Shown: positions 18,653 to 28,058 of the stretch, piece by piece
Position numbering within the stretch: the first letter of the stretch is position 1
Layout of the letters: each line of letters opens with the position of its first letter
Source: Candidatus Acidiferrales bacterium
Lineage (GTDB): Bacteria > Acidobacteriota > Terriglobia > Acidiferrales > UBA7541
DNA length: 64,000 bases
Reading direction: 5' to 3'
Assembly (NCBI GenBank): GCA_963709675.1
Contig: CAVPWW010000005.1
Location: forward strand, 166,631-230,630
Notes under the pieces: generated by a model
Database searches by the model: none
Seen by the model: the letters and a program-made list of their open reading frames with translations, nothing else
What the model was told of the DNA's origin: nothing
Translations under genes and position numbers: made by a program

Positions 18653-21466
18653 CTACTCCTTTGGTGCCGTTGGGGTTGCAGCGCCTCGCACGACCCGGAA
18701 GCCAATGTACTCAGGTGCAGGAGTGCACGTGGAACGCGTGTCGGCTGGGCAATCGGCACTGCCACCGACGACCTTGCCCTTTCCTTCCGCGGTCAGCACC
18801 CATTCCGCGACATTGCCGCCAACGTCAAACATTAGCTGTTCGTTTTCCTGGCCTTGCCCTGCAAAACTTCCGACCGGTCTCAGCAGTGGTGCTTGCCCCG
18901 GAAGCTCTTTCAACTTCTCGCGCAAGAGCAGCGTGTCTTCCGGATTCGGGGCGTAACCTGCCCAATAATCCAGCGTGTTTTCGCCTTCTTTTTTGTCGTA
19001 TTTGCCCCTCAACTCGGTTTCGTTGGGCACGCGCCAAGTCTGTCCGGTGAGCTTGCTGAGCCACTCCGCATAAGCTTTAGCTTGTTCGATAGTCACGCTG
19101 TTTGCCGGAAAGTTCTCCGCACCGCGTTCTGTTTTATAGTTTTTATCGAAGGTGGAATATTGGGCACGGGTTACTTCAAAGCGCCCAATCTCCAGAGCGC
19201 CGCGTTTTACAACTTCCGGGATCAGCACGGATTTGCCCTTGTTCGTACATGTTGCGCCGTAGATTTCGCCCGTGCGGGCAACCTCCTTCGTTCGCAGGGC
19301 GGTGTCCAGCGGCGAACCAGCTTTCACCGCTTCGTTTTCCGGCGGAGCAGCCTTGAAGAAATACGTGTCGAGCCACGCCATCTCTTCTTCGATCTTGCGC
19401 ATTTGGTGAGTCAATTTGCGCGGGCCGTGGGGCTCGCCGGGAAAAACCACGAATTTGACCGGCACTTTGCCGTAATACTGCAGCGCGCGGAAGTACGACC
19501 AACTTTGCGAAGGCGGCACGTTGGTATCGGCCGTGCCATGAAAAATCAGGACTGGGGCCTGCACCTTATCCAACTTGAAAAACGGAGATTTGCGAATGTA
19601 GAGTTCGGGATCCTGCATCGGCGATTTTCCGAAGTAGTAGGAGTCGAACGAATCGCCGAAGATCACGTTGCCCCAGTCGCTGATCCACTCCACGTCGCCC
19701 GCGCCGACGCTGGCCACTTTATAGCGCGATGGGTACGTGGTGATCAGGCTGGTAGAAAGAATGGAGCCGTTGGACCAGCCCATGGTGGCGACTTTGTCTG
19801 GATCGACAAGACCCTTCTGAATCAGATAGTCCACGCCACTGTTGATGTCCGGAGTTTCCAGATCGTAGTAATTCCCGCAACAGATCGATTCCGCCCATTT
19901 CAAACCGTAGTTGCTGCTTCCGTGATAGTTCGGGCTCAGAATGAAGGCTCCGCGCTGCGTGAAGAGTTGGTAAGGATACGCCCAGCGGTCGCTCCACGCA
20001 TCCAGATCTTGTGAGGTTGGGCCTCCATGGATCGCCGTGATCACGGGATATTTCTTGCCCGGTTCATAATCGGCAGGGTAACGCAGAATGCCTTCAACCT
20101 CTCCCCCGTCCGAACCTTTCCATCGAATAACCTCCGATTTTGCGAAGCTCCGGAACTTGATCAGGTTTTCATTTAGTGCTGTGAATTGTTTCGGCGCGAC
20201 CAGGTTCTTGCCGTCCATCTGCGCTTGGAAAAGCTGGGGCATCCGGCTGGCTGTCGAGGATTGGTAGACCAGGGTCTTTCCGTCCTCGCTGACATCGAAG
20301 AATTGAATCGTGGCGGCGTTCTCCCCCTCCAATGTCGTGCGTCTCCAGTGCCAGGTATCACCTGCTTTTTCGCGCGTGTAGTGCGCGACGTCGAAATGTG
20401 CGCCAGCCGCAAGAAGCGTCACAAACCCGTCGACCGTCGCGTGCAAGTCGCGGCCCGCCCCGTTTTCCCAGTCGAGCGTCACGGCCACGCTTTTGCCGTT
20501 GGCCACATCGCAAAAATAGAGAAGTTGGATTGTCGCCGTCAGAAATTTTGCATCATTGGAAAATGGAGCAACCGCGTAGAACCCGGAGCTGTCCGGAGCC
20601 CATACCAGGAGATCGGGGTAGACGCGGCCTTCCGTGAAGATCTGCTTTTCAGTGCCATCCATGAGGTTATGAAGAAAAGTAACCGGCGGAACTTTCTGGT
20701 CGAAGGTGTAATGCAGGCTGCGCGCGTGGACGGCGACCGCGTATTTCCCATCCTTCGAGACACTCCACCTCTCAATCCAATCGGTGTTCGTCGTCAGGCG
20801 CGTAATCTTTTTGTCCTTCACCGTAATTTTGAAGAGGCGTACGGGCGGCTCATGTACGGCATCATCCACCACTTCGGAGTCGTCCTTCTTCTTTTTCGCT
20901 GCCTGCTCATAGGCGCTCGGATCTTCCTGTGCACTGAAAATCAGGGTGTCCTTGTCGAGCCACTGCACCCGCCGAGGAGCACGATCGAGTTCAGTGAGAG
21001 CATAAGCTTCGCCGCCGTGGGTGCTGATCAGCCAGATTTGTGTTGCTGCAGTCTCCGGCTTCGAACCTGGCCGCGGATGTGAACTGAGGAATGCAATCCA
21101 CTCTCCGTCCGGAGACCATTGGGGAACAGAAACGTTGTAGCTGCCGCGGGTCAGTTGGACGGTTCGATCCTCGGTCAAACTGGTCAGGAAGAGATTGGAA
21201 GTGCGCTCGTCCTTCTCCTTGTCCCCCTCGCCCTTGATCCAGGCGACGGAGCGGCCATCGGGGGAGAGCGAAAAATCATTGAGGGTTTCGGCGTAGACGA
21301 CGTCTTCGGCCCTCCAGGGGCTGGTTTTGGAGGATGCTTTGCTCTTATCGGCCCCGAAAACGCAGCCGGTATTCCAAAAACTCCCAATAACAATCGCAAT
21401 AAAGCACCATCGTCTGCAAGTCACGTGATTCACCCGTTTGGGAGAGTCTGTGGAGCGCCGCAGCAT
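18653..21466 (-). CDS. S9 prolyl-oligopeptidase-family serine peptidase with an N-terminal beta-propeller and a C-terminal FGE/SUMF1-like domain
   Basis: Propeller repeats (SPDG..IAW). Catalytic GWSNGS, HGTADTNVP and GEPHG. C-terminal EVTRAQYSTF...ANSVTIEQAKAYAEWL...GGNVAEWV...GGSADC...IGFRVVRG is FGE-like. ATG at 21466 preferred over TTG at 21511. Confidence 0.85.
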   Translation of the reverse strand: MLRRSTDSPKRVNHVTCRRWCFIAIVIGSFWNTGCVFGADKSKASSKTSPWRAEDVVYAETLNDFSLSPDGRSVAWIKGEGDKEKDERTSNLFLTSLTEDRTVQLTRGSYNVSVPQWSPDGEWIAFLSSHPRPGSKPETAATQIWLISTHGGEAYALTELDRAPRRVQWLDKDTLIFSAQEDPSAYEQAAKKKKDDSEVVDDAVHEPPVRLFKITVKDKKITRLTTNTDWIERWSVSKDGKYAVAVHARSLHYTFDQKVPPVTFLHNLMDGTEKQIFTEGRVYPDLLVWAPDSSGFYAVAPFSNDAKFLTATIQLLYFCDVANGKSVAVTLDWENGAGRDLHATVDGFVTLLAAGAHFDVAHYTREKAGDTWHWRRTTLEGENAATIQFFDVSEDGKTLVYQSSTASRMPQLFQAQMDGKNLVAPKQFTALNENLIKFRSFAKSEVIRWKGSDGGEVEGILRYPADYEPGKKYPVITAIHGGPTSQDLDAWSDRWAYPYQLFTQRGAFILSPNYHGSSNYGLKWAESICCGNYYDLETPDINSGVDYLIQKGLVDPDKVATMGWSNGSILSTSLITTYPSRYKVASVGAGDVEWISDWGNVIFGDSFDSYYFGKSPMQDPELYIRKSPFFKLDKVQAPVLIFHGTADTNVPPSQSWSYFRALQYYGKVPVKFVVFPGEPHGPRKLTHQMRKIEEEMAWLDTYFFKAAPPENEAVKAGSPLDTALRTKEVARTGEIYGATCTNKGKSVLIPEVVKRGALEIGRFEVTRAQYSTFDKNYKTERGAENFPANSVTIEQAKAYAEWLSKLTGQTWRVPNETELRGKYDKKEGENTLDYWAGYAPNPEDTLLLREKLKELPGQAPLLRPVGSFAGQGQENEQLMFDVGGNVAEWVLTAEGKGKVVGGSADCPADTRSTCTPAPEYIGFRVVRGAATPTAPKE

Positions 21467-21559
21467 CCCCAACTCTGCGGCTAAAAAAGAATAGTACCAA
21501 TTGAGCGGCAATGGAAATGGTGTAGTCTGGAACGCTTACATTTTCCGCGAGGTAATTTT

Positions 21560-22249
21560 ATGCCAGCCGTGAAATCGCCGTTCACCAAGGGCACGTTTCA
21601 GTTTTTCCGAGAATTGGGCAAGAACAATCGCCTGGACTGGATGAGCGAAAATCGGCAGCGTTACCGGGCTTGCATCGTGGATCCCTTTCGTCGGTTTCTT
21701 GAGGATCTCACTCCCAGCGTTCTGGAATTGAACGACAACTTCGATGTCAGCGGCAAGACCGGTGCCAATTTCTCTCGCATTAACCGCGATATCCGATTTG
21801 CGAAGGACAAAACCCTTTATAAGACGCAAATGTACGTGAAGTTTCAACTGCCATCGCCAGGTGATCGCGAGAGCGGGCAATTGTATGTCGGACTCTGCAC
21901 AGACACGGTGACAGCTGGGTTTCGCATTTACTCGGGTGGGAAGCGCAAAGAATCGGCGCTGGCCTTGATTGCGGAGCCGCGCGTGATCGCCCATCCGAAA
22001 TGGGTGGCTCAGCAAAAGAAACGTCTGAGCCGAAGCTACGAAAGCTACTGGTACACCACGGTGAAAGGCGAGTGGACCAAGCACGAGAGTTGGCCAACCG
22101 AACCCGAGGATTGGAAGAAGATCCAGGCATGGATCGTGCGCAAGAAAATGAAGCCAGCCGCGGCCGCGCATGCCTCCTTTCGCAAGGAAATTGTAAAGGT
22201 ATTCAGGGATGTCTATCCTCTGCTGAAATTCACCGGCATTCCCGATTGA
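21560..22249 (+). CDS. DUF2461 (TIGR02453) family protein
   Basis: N-terminal FQFFRELGKNNRLDWMSENRQRYRACIVDPF pattern and SRINRDIRFAKDKTLYKT are typical of this family. Confidence 0.8.
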   Translation: MPAVKSPFTKGTFQFFRELGKNNRLDWMSENRQRYRACIVDPFRRFLEDLTPSVLELNDNFDVSGKTGANFSRINRDIRFAKDKTLYKTQMYVKFQLPSPGDRESGQLYVGLCTDTVTAGFRIYSGGKRKESALALIAEPRVIAHPKWVAQQKKRLSRSYESYWYTTVKGEWTKHESWPTEPEDWKKIQAWIVRKKMKPAAAAHASFRKEIVKVFRDVYPLLKFTGIPD

Positions 22250-22284
22250 GTCCGCGGGATTTCTCAGAAAACAGTAAGGCGACG

Positions 22285-22313
22285 TTGACGGCGTGCGCCT
22301 GCTCGCATACGAT
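22285..22313 (+). promoter_or_regulatory. Sigma70-like promoter candidate for cstA
   Basis: TTGACG, a 17-nt spacer, then TACGAT, about 47 nt upstream of the TTG start at 22360 (GAGG RBS at about 22350). Confidence 0.3.
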
Positions 22314-22359
22314 TTCGCGGTGCCCGGAGCCGAAATTGGCAGAGGCATAGAGGCACACT

Positions 22360-24422
22360 TTGAAACGAGTCCTGCAAATTCTGATTTGGCTCGGCTTGGC
22401 GTCTGGAGCGGCCACCGCGCTGGCTACGATCGCGCTGCACCGCGGCGAACCCATCAGTGCAACGTGGTTTGTCCTTGCGGCGGTCTGTTCCTACTTGTTG
22501 GCGTATCGTCTATATTCCGCATTTATCGCTGCAAAATTGCTTGCGTTAGACAACACGCGGGCCACGCCGTCAGAGCGTCGCGATGATGGCCGCGACTTTG
22601 TGCCCACCAACAAATGGGTTCTATTCGGTCACCACTTTGCCGCCATTGCCGGCCCTGGCCCCCTCGTTGGACCTACGCTGGCCGCGCAATTCGGCTACTT
22701 GCCGGGGACTTTGTGGCTGATTGTGGGCGCAGCTTTTGCTGGTTGCGTGCAGGATTTTGTGATTTTGTTCTGCTCCATCCGCCGTGATGGAAAAACGCTG
22801 GGCGAAATGGCCCGCGAAGAGGTGAGCAAACGGGGGGAATTATCGCGCAACTCGCAGTCCTCGCTATCATGATTATTCTGCTAGGCGTGGTTGCCCTAGT
22901 CATCGTGAACGCCTTGAAGAGCTCCCCGTGGGCCACCTTCACATTGGCTTGCACGATTCCAATTGCGCTCCTTCTCGGGGTGTATTTGCGTTATGTGCGC
23001 CCCGGCCGCGTCCTGGAAGCATCGCTGCTGGGTGTGGCGCTGGTGCTGTTCCCGGTGGTAGCGGGGCAGTGGGTGGCGGCCTCGGCAGGCTGGTCGCGGG
23101 CATTTACGCTCAGCGGCTTAACGCTTACGTTCGCCGTTATCGTCTACGGATTCGCGGCCTCGGCCCTTCCCGTATGGCTGCTCTTGGCCCCCCGCGATTA
23201 CTTGAGCGCGTTTATCAAGGCTGGCGCGATCTTCACACTGGCGGCGGGGATCCTGCTGGTCCGGCCGCACGTCCTGATGCCGCCGCTTACGCGCTTCGTG
23301 GACGGCAACGGGCCGGTGTTTGCCGGGAAAATTTTCCCGTTTTGCTTCATCACCATTGCGTGCGGAGCAATCAGCGGTTTCCATTCGCTGATTTCGAGTG
23401 GCACTACTCCAAAGATGATTCAACGCGAGGCGCATGCCCGCTTCATCGGCTACGGGGCAATGTTGCTGGAATCGTTCGTTGGAGTGATGGCAATGGTTGC
23501 GGCCTGCGCGATGACGCCGGGCGTGTATTTTGCGATCAACAGTCCTGCGCAGATCGTTGGCGCTGCGCCGGAAGCGGCGGCGCAAACCATTTCCAGCTGG
23601 GGCTACCCTCTATCGGCCGCGACCATGGCGGGCTTGGCTCATTCCGTTGGCGAACAGACTCTGTGGAACCGGGCCGGCGGCGCGCCTTCCTTGGCGGTGG
23701 GCATGGCGCAAATTTTTTCAACTACAATTGGCGGCGATCGCCTGCTCAGCATCTGGTATCACTTTGCCATCATGTTCGAGGCCCTCTTCATCCTGACGGT
23801 CCTCGACGCCGGCACGCGCGTCGGCCGGTTCATGATTCAAGAGCTCGGTGGGCGTATCTGGAAACCGTTCGGGCGGCTGAACTGGTATCCGGCGATTCTG
23901 CTTTCCAGCGCGCTCATTGTTGCGGCGTGGGGATATTTTCTCTATCAGGGAGTCGTAGATCCACTGGGCGGCATCAATTCGTTGTGGCCGCTGTTTGGCA
24001 TTTCGAATCAGCTGCTGGCGGCGGTGGCGCTGGTAGTGGCGACTACGATTTTGCTGAAGATGGGGCGGCTCAAATGGATTTGGGTGACGCTGTTTCCGAT
24101 GGCCTGGCTGGTGATCATCACCATGACGGCGAGCTATCAGAAAATTTTCAGCCATAATCCACGCATCGGTTTCCTGGCCTTTGCGAACGGTCTTGCCGCG
24201 CAACTTGCTGCGGGTCAGGTTCCCGCGGCGAAAATCGTGGAGACGCAGCGCGTGATTTTCAATCAGCGGCTGGATGCGGTGGTGACGGTTGTACTGGCCA
24301 TCATGATCCTGGTGCTGCTGGCGGAAGCAGCTGTCCAATGGCATGCAATTCTGAGCCGCGGCAAGCAGCCCGTGCTTCACGAAACGCCCTATGTGGCCAC
24401 CCAATGGGCGGAGGGCGACTGA
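22360..24422 (+). pseudogene. cstA: Carbon starvation protein A (CstA/BtsT peptide/pyruvate transporter), full length but split by a 1-nt frameshift in a G6 run
   Basis: ORFs 22360..22872 and 22869..24422 together form one CstA. Reading G7 instead of G6 at 22832-22837 gives ...[31 protein letters not shown]. Confidence 0.85.
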
Positions 24423-24619
24423 TGCACCGTCTATGGAGCAACACAAGACGCAGACTGGTGCGCTTTTGGGAAGGGCTGCGGGAATGGTGCGGCGACGCAG
24501 CTTACGAGAATTACAGGAAGTGTGCCGAACGCAAGGGGCAAGAGAGTGTTCTATCCCCGGCAGAATTCTATGTGGAGCAGTTGAATAAGAAGTACTCGCG
24601 GCCGAACCGCTGTTGCTAG
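24422..24619 (+). CDS. ybdD: YbdD/YjiX (DUF466) family small protein
   Basis: The ATG overlaps the cstA stop (TGATG). The C-terminus ...SPAEFYVEQLNKKYSRPNRCC is typical of the cstA-linked YbdD/YjiX family. Confidence 0.85.
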   Translation: MHRLWSNTRRRLVRFWEGLREWCGDAAYENYRKCAERKGQESVLSPAEFYVEQLNKKYSRPNRCC

Positions 24620-24809
24620 GCTTTTTGCGTTCTCCTTTCTTTTTGTTGGCATGGAACGACGCGGCGGCGTAAACTCAGTTCAGGACCCGCATACGTGCTG
24701 CGCGGGTCTCACTTCACCGCTGTACGAAGGGCGGCTGCGCTTATCCTACGCGTAGCCGTTTAGTCGAAACTCCTCCTGCCTGTTTTGTCATTTGATCCAG
24801 CAGAATTCG

Positions 24810-25991
24810 CTACAGAATTTCTTCGTCGTCTTCGGGCGGCTTCAGAAGCGTGGTTTTGTGAGTCAATCGGATGCCCTGCTTGCGCAGCCCGCTCAAAATG
24901 GCGCGGCGCATTTCCACTGGTAACTGCTCCGGTGCGAATACCCCTTGCGCCTCGCGCGGAAAAAATTTTACGAATTGCGCGGCAACATGAGCCGTAGCGT
25001 AGGCAACCGCCGTGGTGAACAGTCCCTGCTGGCGAATCTGGTACAACGTGGGGAACTGCGCATCACTGCGCAGGACGAAATATTCGTCTTCTTTCGGACC
25101 GTGATTCACACCACGCACCAGCACCGCGGCAGCGAATCGCGCATTCTGGAGGACGCCCTGGCGGATTAGCGACGCGATTTTGCGCGGCGAGGAAGTCTCT
25201 GGAAAACGTTGACGGGGGAGACCTCGGGATTTGGAAAGCTTTCCTTGTTTGTGCCAGCGGCGCAGCCGGTCGAATTCGTTGCCACCGATTTTTACATCAA
25301 GCTCGTTCATGGGAATGAATTTGGGCAACGTGGCGACTTCGTCTTGTGCTGCCAGGACCACATTGGCCACGCCGATGGGATCCGGGAAACGGAATTTTTC
25401 CAGTTCCGAGAAGCGCTTGGCTAGTTTGTATTTTTTGTGCAGGTAGACGCGCGGCTTGGAAATGGCCTCATCGAAAGAAACCTCCGGAGACCACTGGGAG
25501 ATGGGGTCGTCGCTCTCCGTGCTCTCGTACAGGCGGATGTGCACGGCATGGACCTCGTCGAGCTGCTCCGCGGCGCGCTTCACCAACAGGTTGGTGAGTC
25601 CGGGGGCGGCGCCAGTATTGATCAAGGCCGCGCGATGCTTGGCCTGGAATTTCTTGGCATAGCGAAATTGCTCAGGTTGAAACGGATTCCGCGTCAGATG
25701 GGAGCTGAGATCGAGATAGTGAGCGCGCAGCCGTAACGCCGCACGCAGCACGGTTTCGTTGAATACCGAAGCCGAAGCATTGACGATGAGGTGACAACCC
25801 CGCGCGGCGCGCACAAGGCCATGAAGATTGCGGGCGTTAACAGTAGTCACCGCAATCGTCGATCTCTTCCCCAGAAAGCGATGGGCGCGGTCGGGATCGC
25901 GATCGCCACACCATACATCGTGGCCCTGACGCTCCAGAAGTTGAGCTAGAAGAGAGCCAGTCGCGCCTGCTCCCAGAATGAAGATTCGCAT
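24810..25991 (-). CDS. Saccharopine dehydrogenase-like NAD(P)-binding protein
   Basis: Rossmann start MRIFILGAGATGSLLAQLL. The rest is consistent with the saccharopine dehydrogenase family. ATG at 25991 chosen. Confidence 0.8.
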   Translation of the reverse strand: MRIFILGAGATGSLLAQLLERQGHDVWCGDRDPDRAHRFLGKRSTIAVTTVNARNLHGLVRAARGCHLIVNASASVFNETVLRAALRLRAHYLDLSSHLTRNPFQPEQFRYAKKFQAKHRAALINTGAAPGLTNLLVKRAAEQLDEVHAVHIRLYESTESDDPISQWSPEVSFDEAISKPRVYLHKKYKLAKRFSELEKFRFPDPIGVANVVLAAQDEVATLPKFIPMNELDVKIGGNEFDRLRRWHKQGKLSKSRGLPRQRFPETSSPRKIASLIRQGVLQNARFAAAVLVRGVNHGPKEDEYFVLRSDAQFPTLYQIRQQGLFTTAVAYATAHVAAQFVKFFPREAQGVFAPEQLPVEMRRAILSGLRKQGIRLTHKTTLLKPPEDDEEIL

Positions 25992-26164
25992 GCTGTTAGC
26001 AGACTTTATCATACTCAGAAGCGACCGCAGGAACGGAAGCAGGAGCCGTTCCAGATTGTGAAGAGGACGCAAAAAACCGCTCTTCCGGACCCCATCTGCA
26101 GGTTGCTAGGAAACGGAGGGAACCGCTGGATTGCACGGGCTCGATAACAGGCGTAGGATTTTAG

Positions 26165-26295
26165 GGAACAACTCCGATTCCGCTGGCCTACGGGGAGACA
26201 ACCCAGGGCGGCGGGGCGCGGCGGTGGAATCCTTGCCGCTGAGGGTTTGGGTGGAAACGCCCAAGCCTCCCGTGCTTGGAAAGGAGCCAGTAAGC
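26165..26295 (+). promoter_or_regulatory. Candidate molybdenum-cofactor (Moco) riboswitch aptamer upstream of moaA
   Basis: Position directly 5' of moaA. CUCC (about 26172) could pair with GGAG (about 26283). GAAA-capped hairpin ttgggtg-gaaa-cgcccaa (26247-26264). Has GCCUCCC...GGAAAGGAGCC, which I recall as conserved Moco-motif elements. Confidence 0.45.
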
Positions 26296-26323
26296 CGGAA
26301 ATGTGCGGAATTTCGGCTGCTGT

Positions 26324-26351
26324 CCCGATTCCTTGCTCGAATCGGGTTTTT
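26324..26351 (+). terminator. Intrinsic terminator / attenuator in the moaA leader
   Basis: Perfect 8-bp stem cccgattc / gaatcggg, 7-nt loop, then ttttt, ending 19 nt before the moaA ATG. Confidence 0.6.
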
Positions 26352-26369
26352 CATTTTAGGCGACTGTTC

Positions 26370-27353
26370 ATGAGCCTCTTTGACAAATACGGTCGGCAGA
26401 TCACCGACCTGCGCATCTCGATCACCGATCGCTGCAATTTCCGCTGCGTGTATTGCCGTTCCGCCGATCCGGAGAATTATCGCGAACACGACGAGATTCT
26501 CAGTTGGGCGGAACTGGAACGGCTGGCGCGGATTTTTGTGAGTGTAGGGATTCGCAAAGTGAGGCTGACAGGCGGCGAACCGTTGGTGCGCGATGGCCTG
26601 GAACAATTCCTTGCGTATCTGAAAAGCCTTGGCGTGCACGATTTGTCCATGACCACCAATGGCCATCTGCTCGCTGAGCGTTGCGAGCGGCTGATCGCCG
26701 CGGGATTGCACCGCATTAACATCAGCCTGGATTCGCTCGACCCGCTCAAGTTCGAGAAAATCACGCGCACTCGCTCCTACAGCACGGTCATGCGCGGAAT
26801 CGACAAGGCCCAGGCGACCCGGCTTGCTCCGGTGAAAGTCAATGCGGTGCTGGTGCGAGGGTTCAACGAAAATGAAGTGGAAGCGTTCGCAGCGTTTGCC
26901 AGGGAGCGCGGCGTAATTATGCGCTTCATCGAATTCATGCCGCTGGACGCTGACCGGCACTGGTCGCGGGAACTGATAGTTCCTGCGGCGGAAGTGTATG
27001 AACGCATCCATGCGCAGTGGCCATTGACGCAGATTCCCAACGAGAAAAGCGAGACCGCGCGCAAGTATCGCTTCGCGGATGGCGCTCCTGGCGAGATTGG
27101 CTTGATCGCGCCGGTGACGCAGGCGTTCTGCGGACATTGCTCGCGCATCCGCCTGACAGCCGATGGGAAGCTACGGACTTGTCTATTCAGCAAGGAAGAC
27201 CGCGACTTAAGGGCGTTGCTACGTGCGCACGCTTCGGATGCGGAAATTGTAGAATGGGTGAGTGGCGCCGTGAACGATAAGGAAGAAGGGCACCGCATCA
27301 ATGAGCCGGGATTTGTGCCGCCCTCGCGCACCATGGTGTTTATTGGCGGCTAG
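26370..27353 (+). CDS. moaA: GTP 3',8-cyclase MoaA (radical SAM)
   Basis: LRISITDRCNFRCVYC radical-SAM motif. C-terminal auxiliary cluster CGHCSRIRLTADGKLRTC. Ends in GG. Confidence 0.95.
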   Translation: MSLFDKYGRQITDLRISITDRCNFRCVYCRSADPENYREHDEILSWAELERLARIFVSVGIRKVRLTGGEPLVRDGLEQFLAYLKSLGVHDLSMTTNGHLLAERCERLIAAGLHRINISLDSLDPLKFEKITRTRSYSTVMRGIDKAQATRLAPVKVNAVLVRGFNENEVEAFAAFARERGVIMRFIEFMPLDADRHWSRELIVPAAEVYERIHAQWPLTQIPNEKSETARKYRFADGAPGEIGLIAPVTQAFCGHCSRIRLTADGKLRTCLFSKEDRDLRALLRAHASDAEIVEWVSGAVNDKEEGHRINEPGFVPPSRTMVFIGG

Positions 27354-27506
27354 TCGGTTCGGCCTGACCTCGCAGCAGAGCGAACGGAATCCTTTTGCTG
27401 GCAATGCACACCAAAAGACGCCAAAATTCATCTAACCAGTCAGATCGAGGTCAGCAGGGCGGCGCGAGAAAGTTGTGGGAAGGCCTCAAGTTTGAACGGA
27501 GAGTTC

Positions 27507-27983
27507 ATGGCGGATCACGACGAAGACAAGGACGAAGCACCCGAACCACCGCAGAGAATTTTCACCCTGACGGAGGCTGAAAGCACCCGGCGCCAAGTGG
27601 AGCCGTTTTTAATCGAAGCGATCGGCGTGCGCAAGCGGCTCAACGTGCTGGAGCAGGACTTGGCGGCAGTGTCCACCCGCATCATGATGATGGGCGGCGT
27701 GCTGGTGCCCTACGCGAAGCTGGCAGAAAAACGCATGGAACATCAGAGCCTGGCCGAGGTCATGAAAACGAACCTGGAAAAAATTCTTTCCACCGGATGC
27801 GTCATCAAAGATCTGGACGTCGGCCTACTCGATTTCCCTGCCATCATCAACAACGAAGAAGTTTATCTCTGCTGGAAGCTCGGAGAAGACCGCATCCGTT
27901 ATTACCACCGGCAGGACGAAGGCTACGCCGGGCGAAAGCCTCTGGATCCGCGCGACCTCGGCCCTGGCGACCAAGTGCAGTAA
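27507..27983 (+). CDS. DUF2203 family protein
   Basis: FTLTEAE...VIKDLDVGLLDFPAIINNEEVYLCWKLGEDRIRYYH matches the DUF2203 core. GGAG lies 6 nt before the ATG at 27507. Confidence 0.75.
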   Translation: MADHDEDKDEAPEPPQRIFTLTEAESTRRQVEPFLIEAIGVRKRLNVLEQDLAAVSTRIMMMGGVLVPYAKLAEKRMEHQSLAEVMKTNLEKILSTGCVIKDLDVGLLDFPAIINNEEVYLCWKLGEDRIRYYHRQDEGYAGRKPLDPRDLGPGDQVQ

Positions 27984-28058
27984 ATGCACTGTTCCATTTC
28001 GTGTGTATGGCGGTAACGAGGCGGGCCTCGATCGTCCCTGAAAGGGAACTGGACAGAA

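Noticed and set aside
22928-24157. A 409-aa alternative-frame ORF within cstA. Similar cases are 33910..34962 within the APC permease, 18854..20014 and 20186..21082 antisense to the S9 peptidase, 43993..45102 antisense to gpmI, 37903..38907 antisense to the M28 peptidase, 28974..29882 antisense to the DUF255 gene, and 5109..5975.
   Set aside because: All overlap genes with strong family signatures in another frame or strand. Their translations are Arg/Gly/Pro/His-rich low-complexity sequences typical of off-frame GC-rich DNA.
24684-24708. A hairpin (gacccgc-N11-gcgggtc) in the convergent gap between ybdD and the saccharopine-dehydrogenase-like gene, considered as a terminator.
   Set aside because: The stem is only 7 bp, the loop is 11 nt and there is no T-tract on either side. 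This is too weak to annotate.
26106-27137. A 343-aa minus-strand ORF covering the moaA leader and the 5' two-thirds of moaA.
   Set aside because: It is antisense to moaA (canonical CNFRCVYC protein). Its composition is Arg/Pro/Ala-rich, with no RBS or motif.
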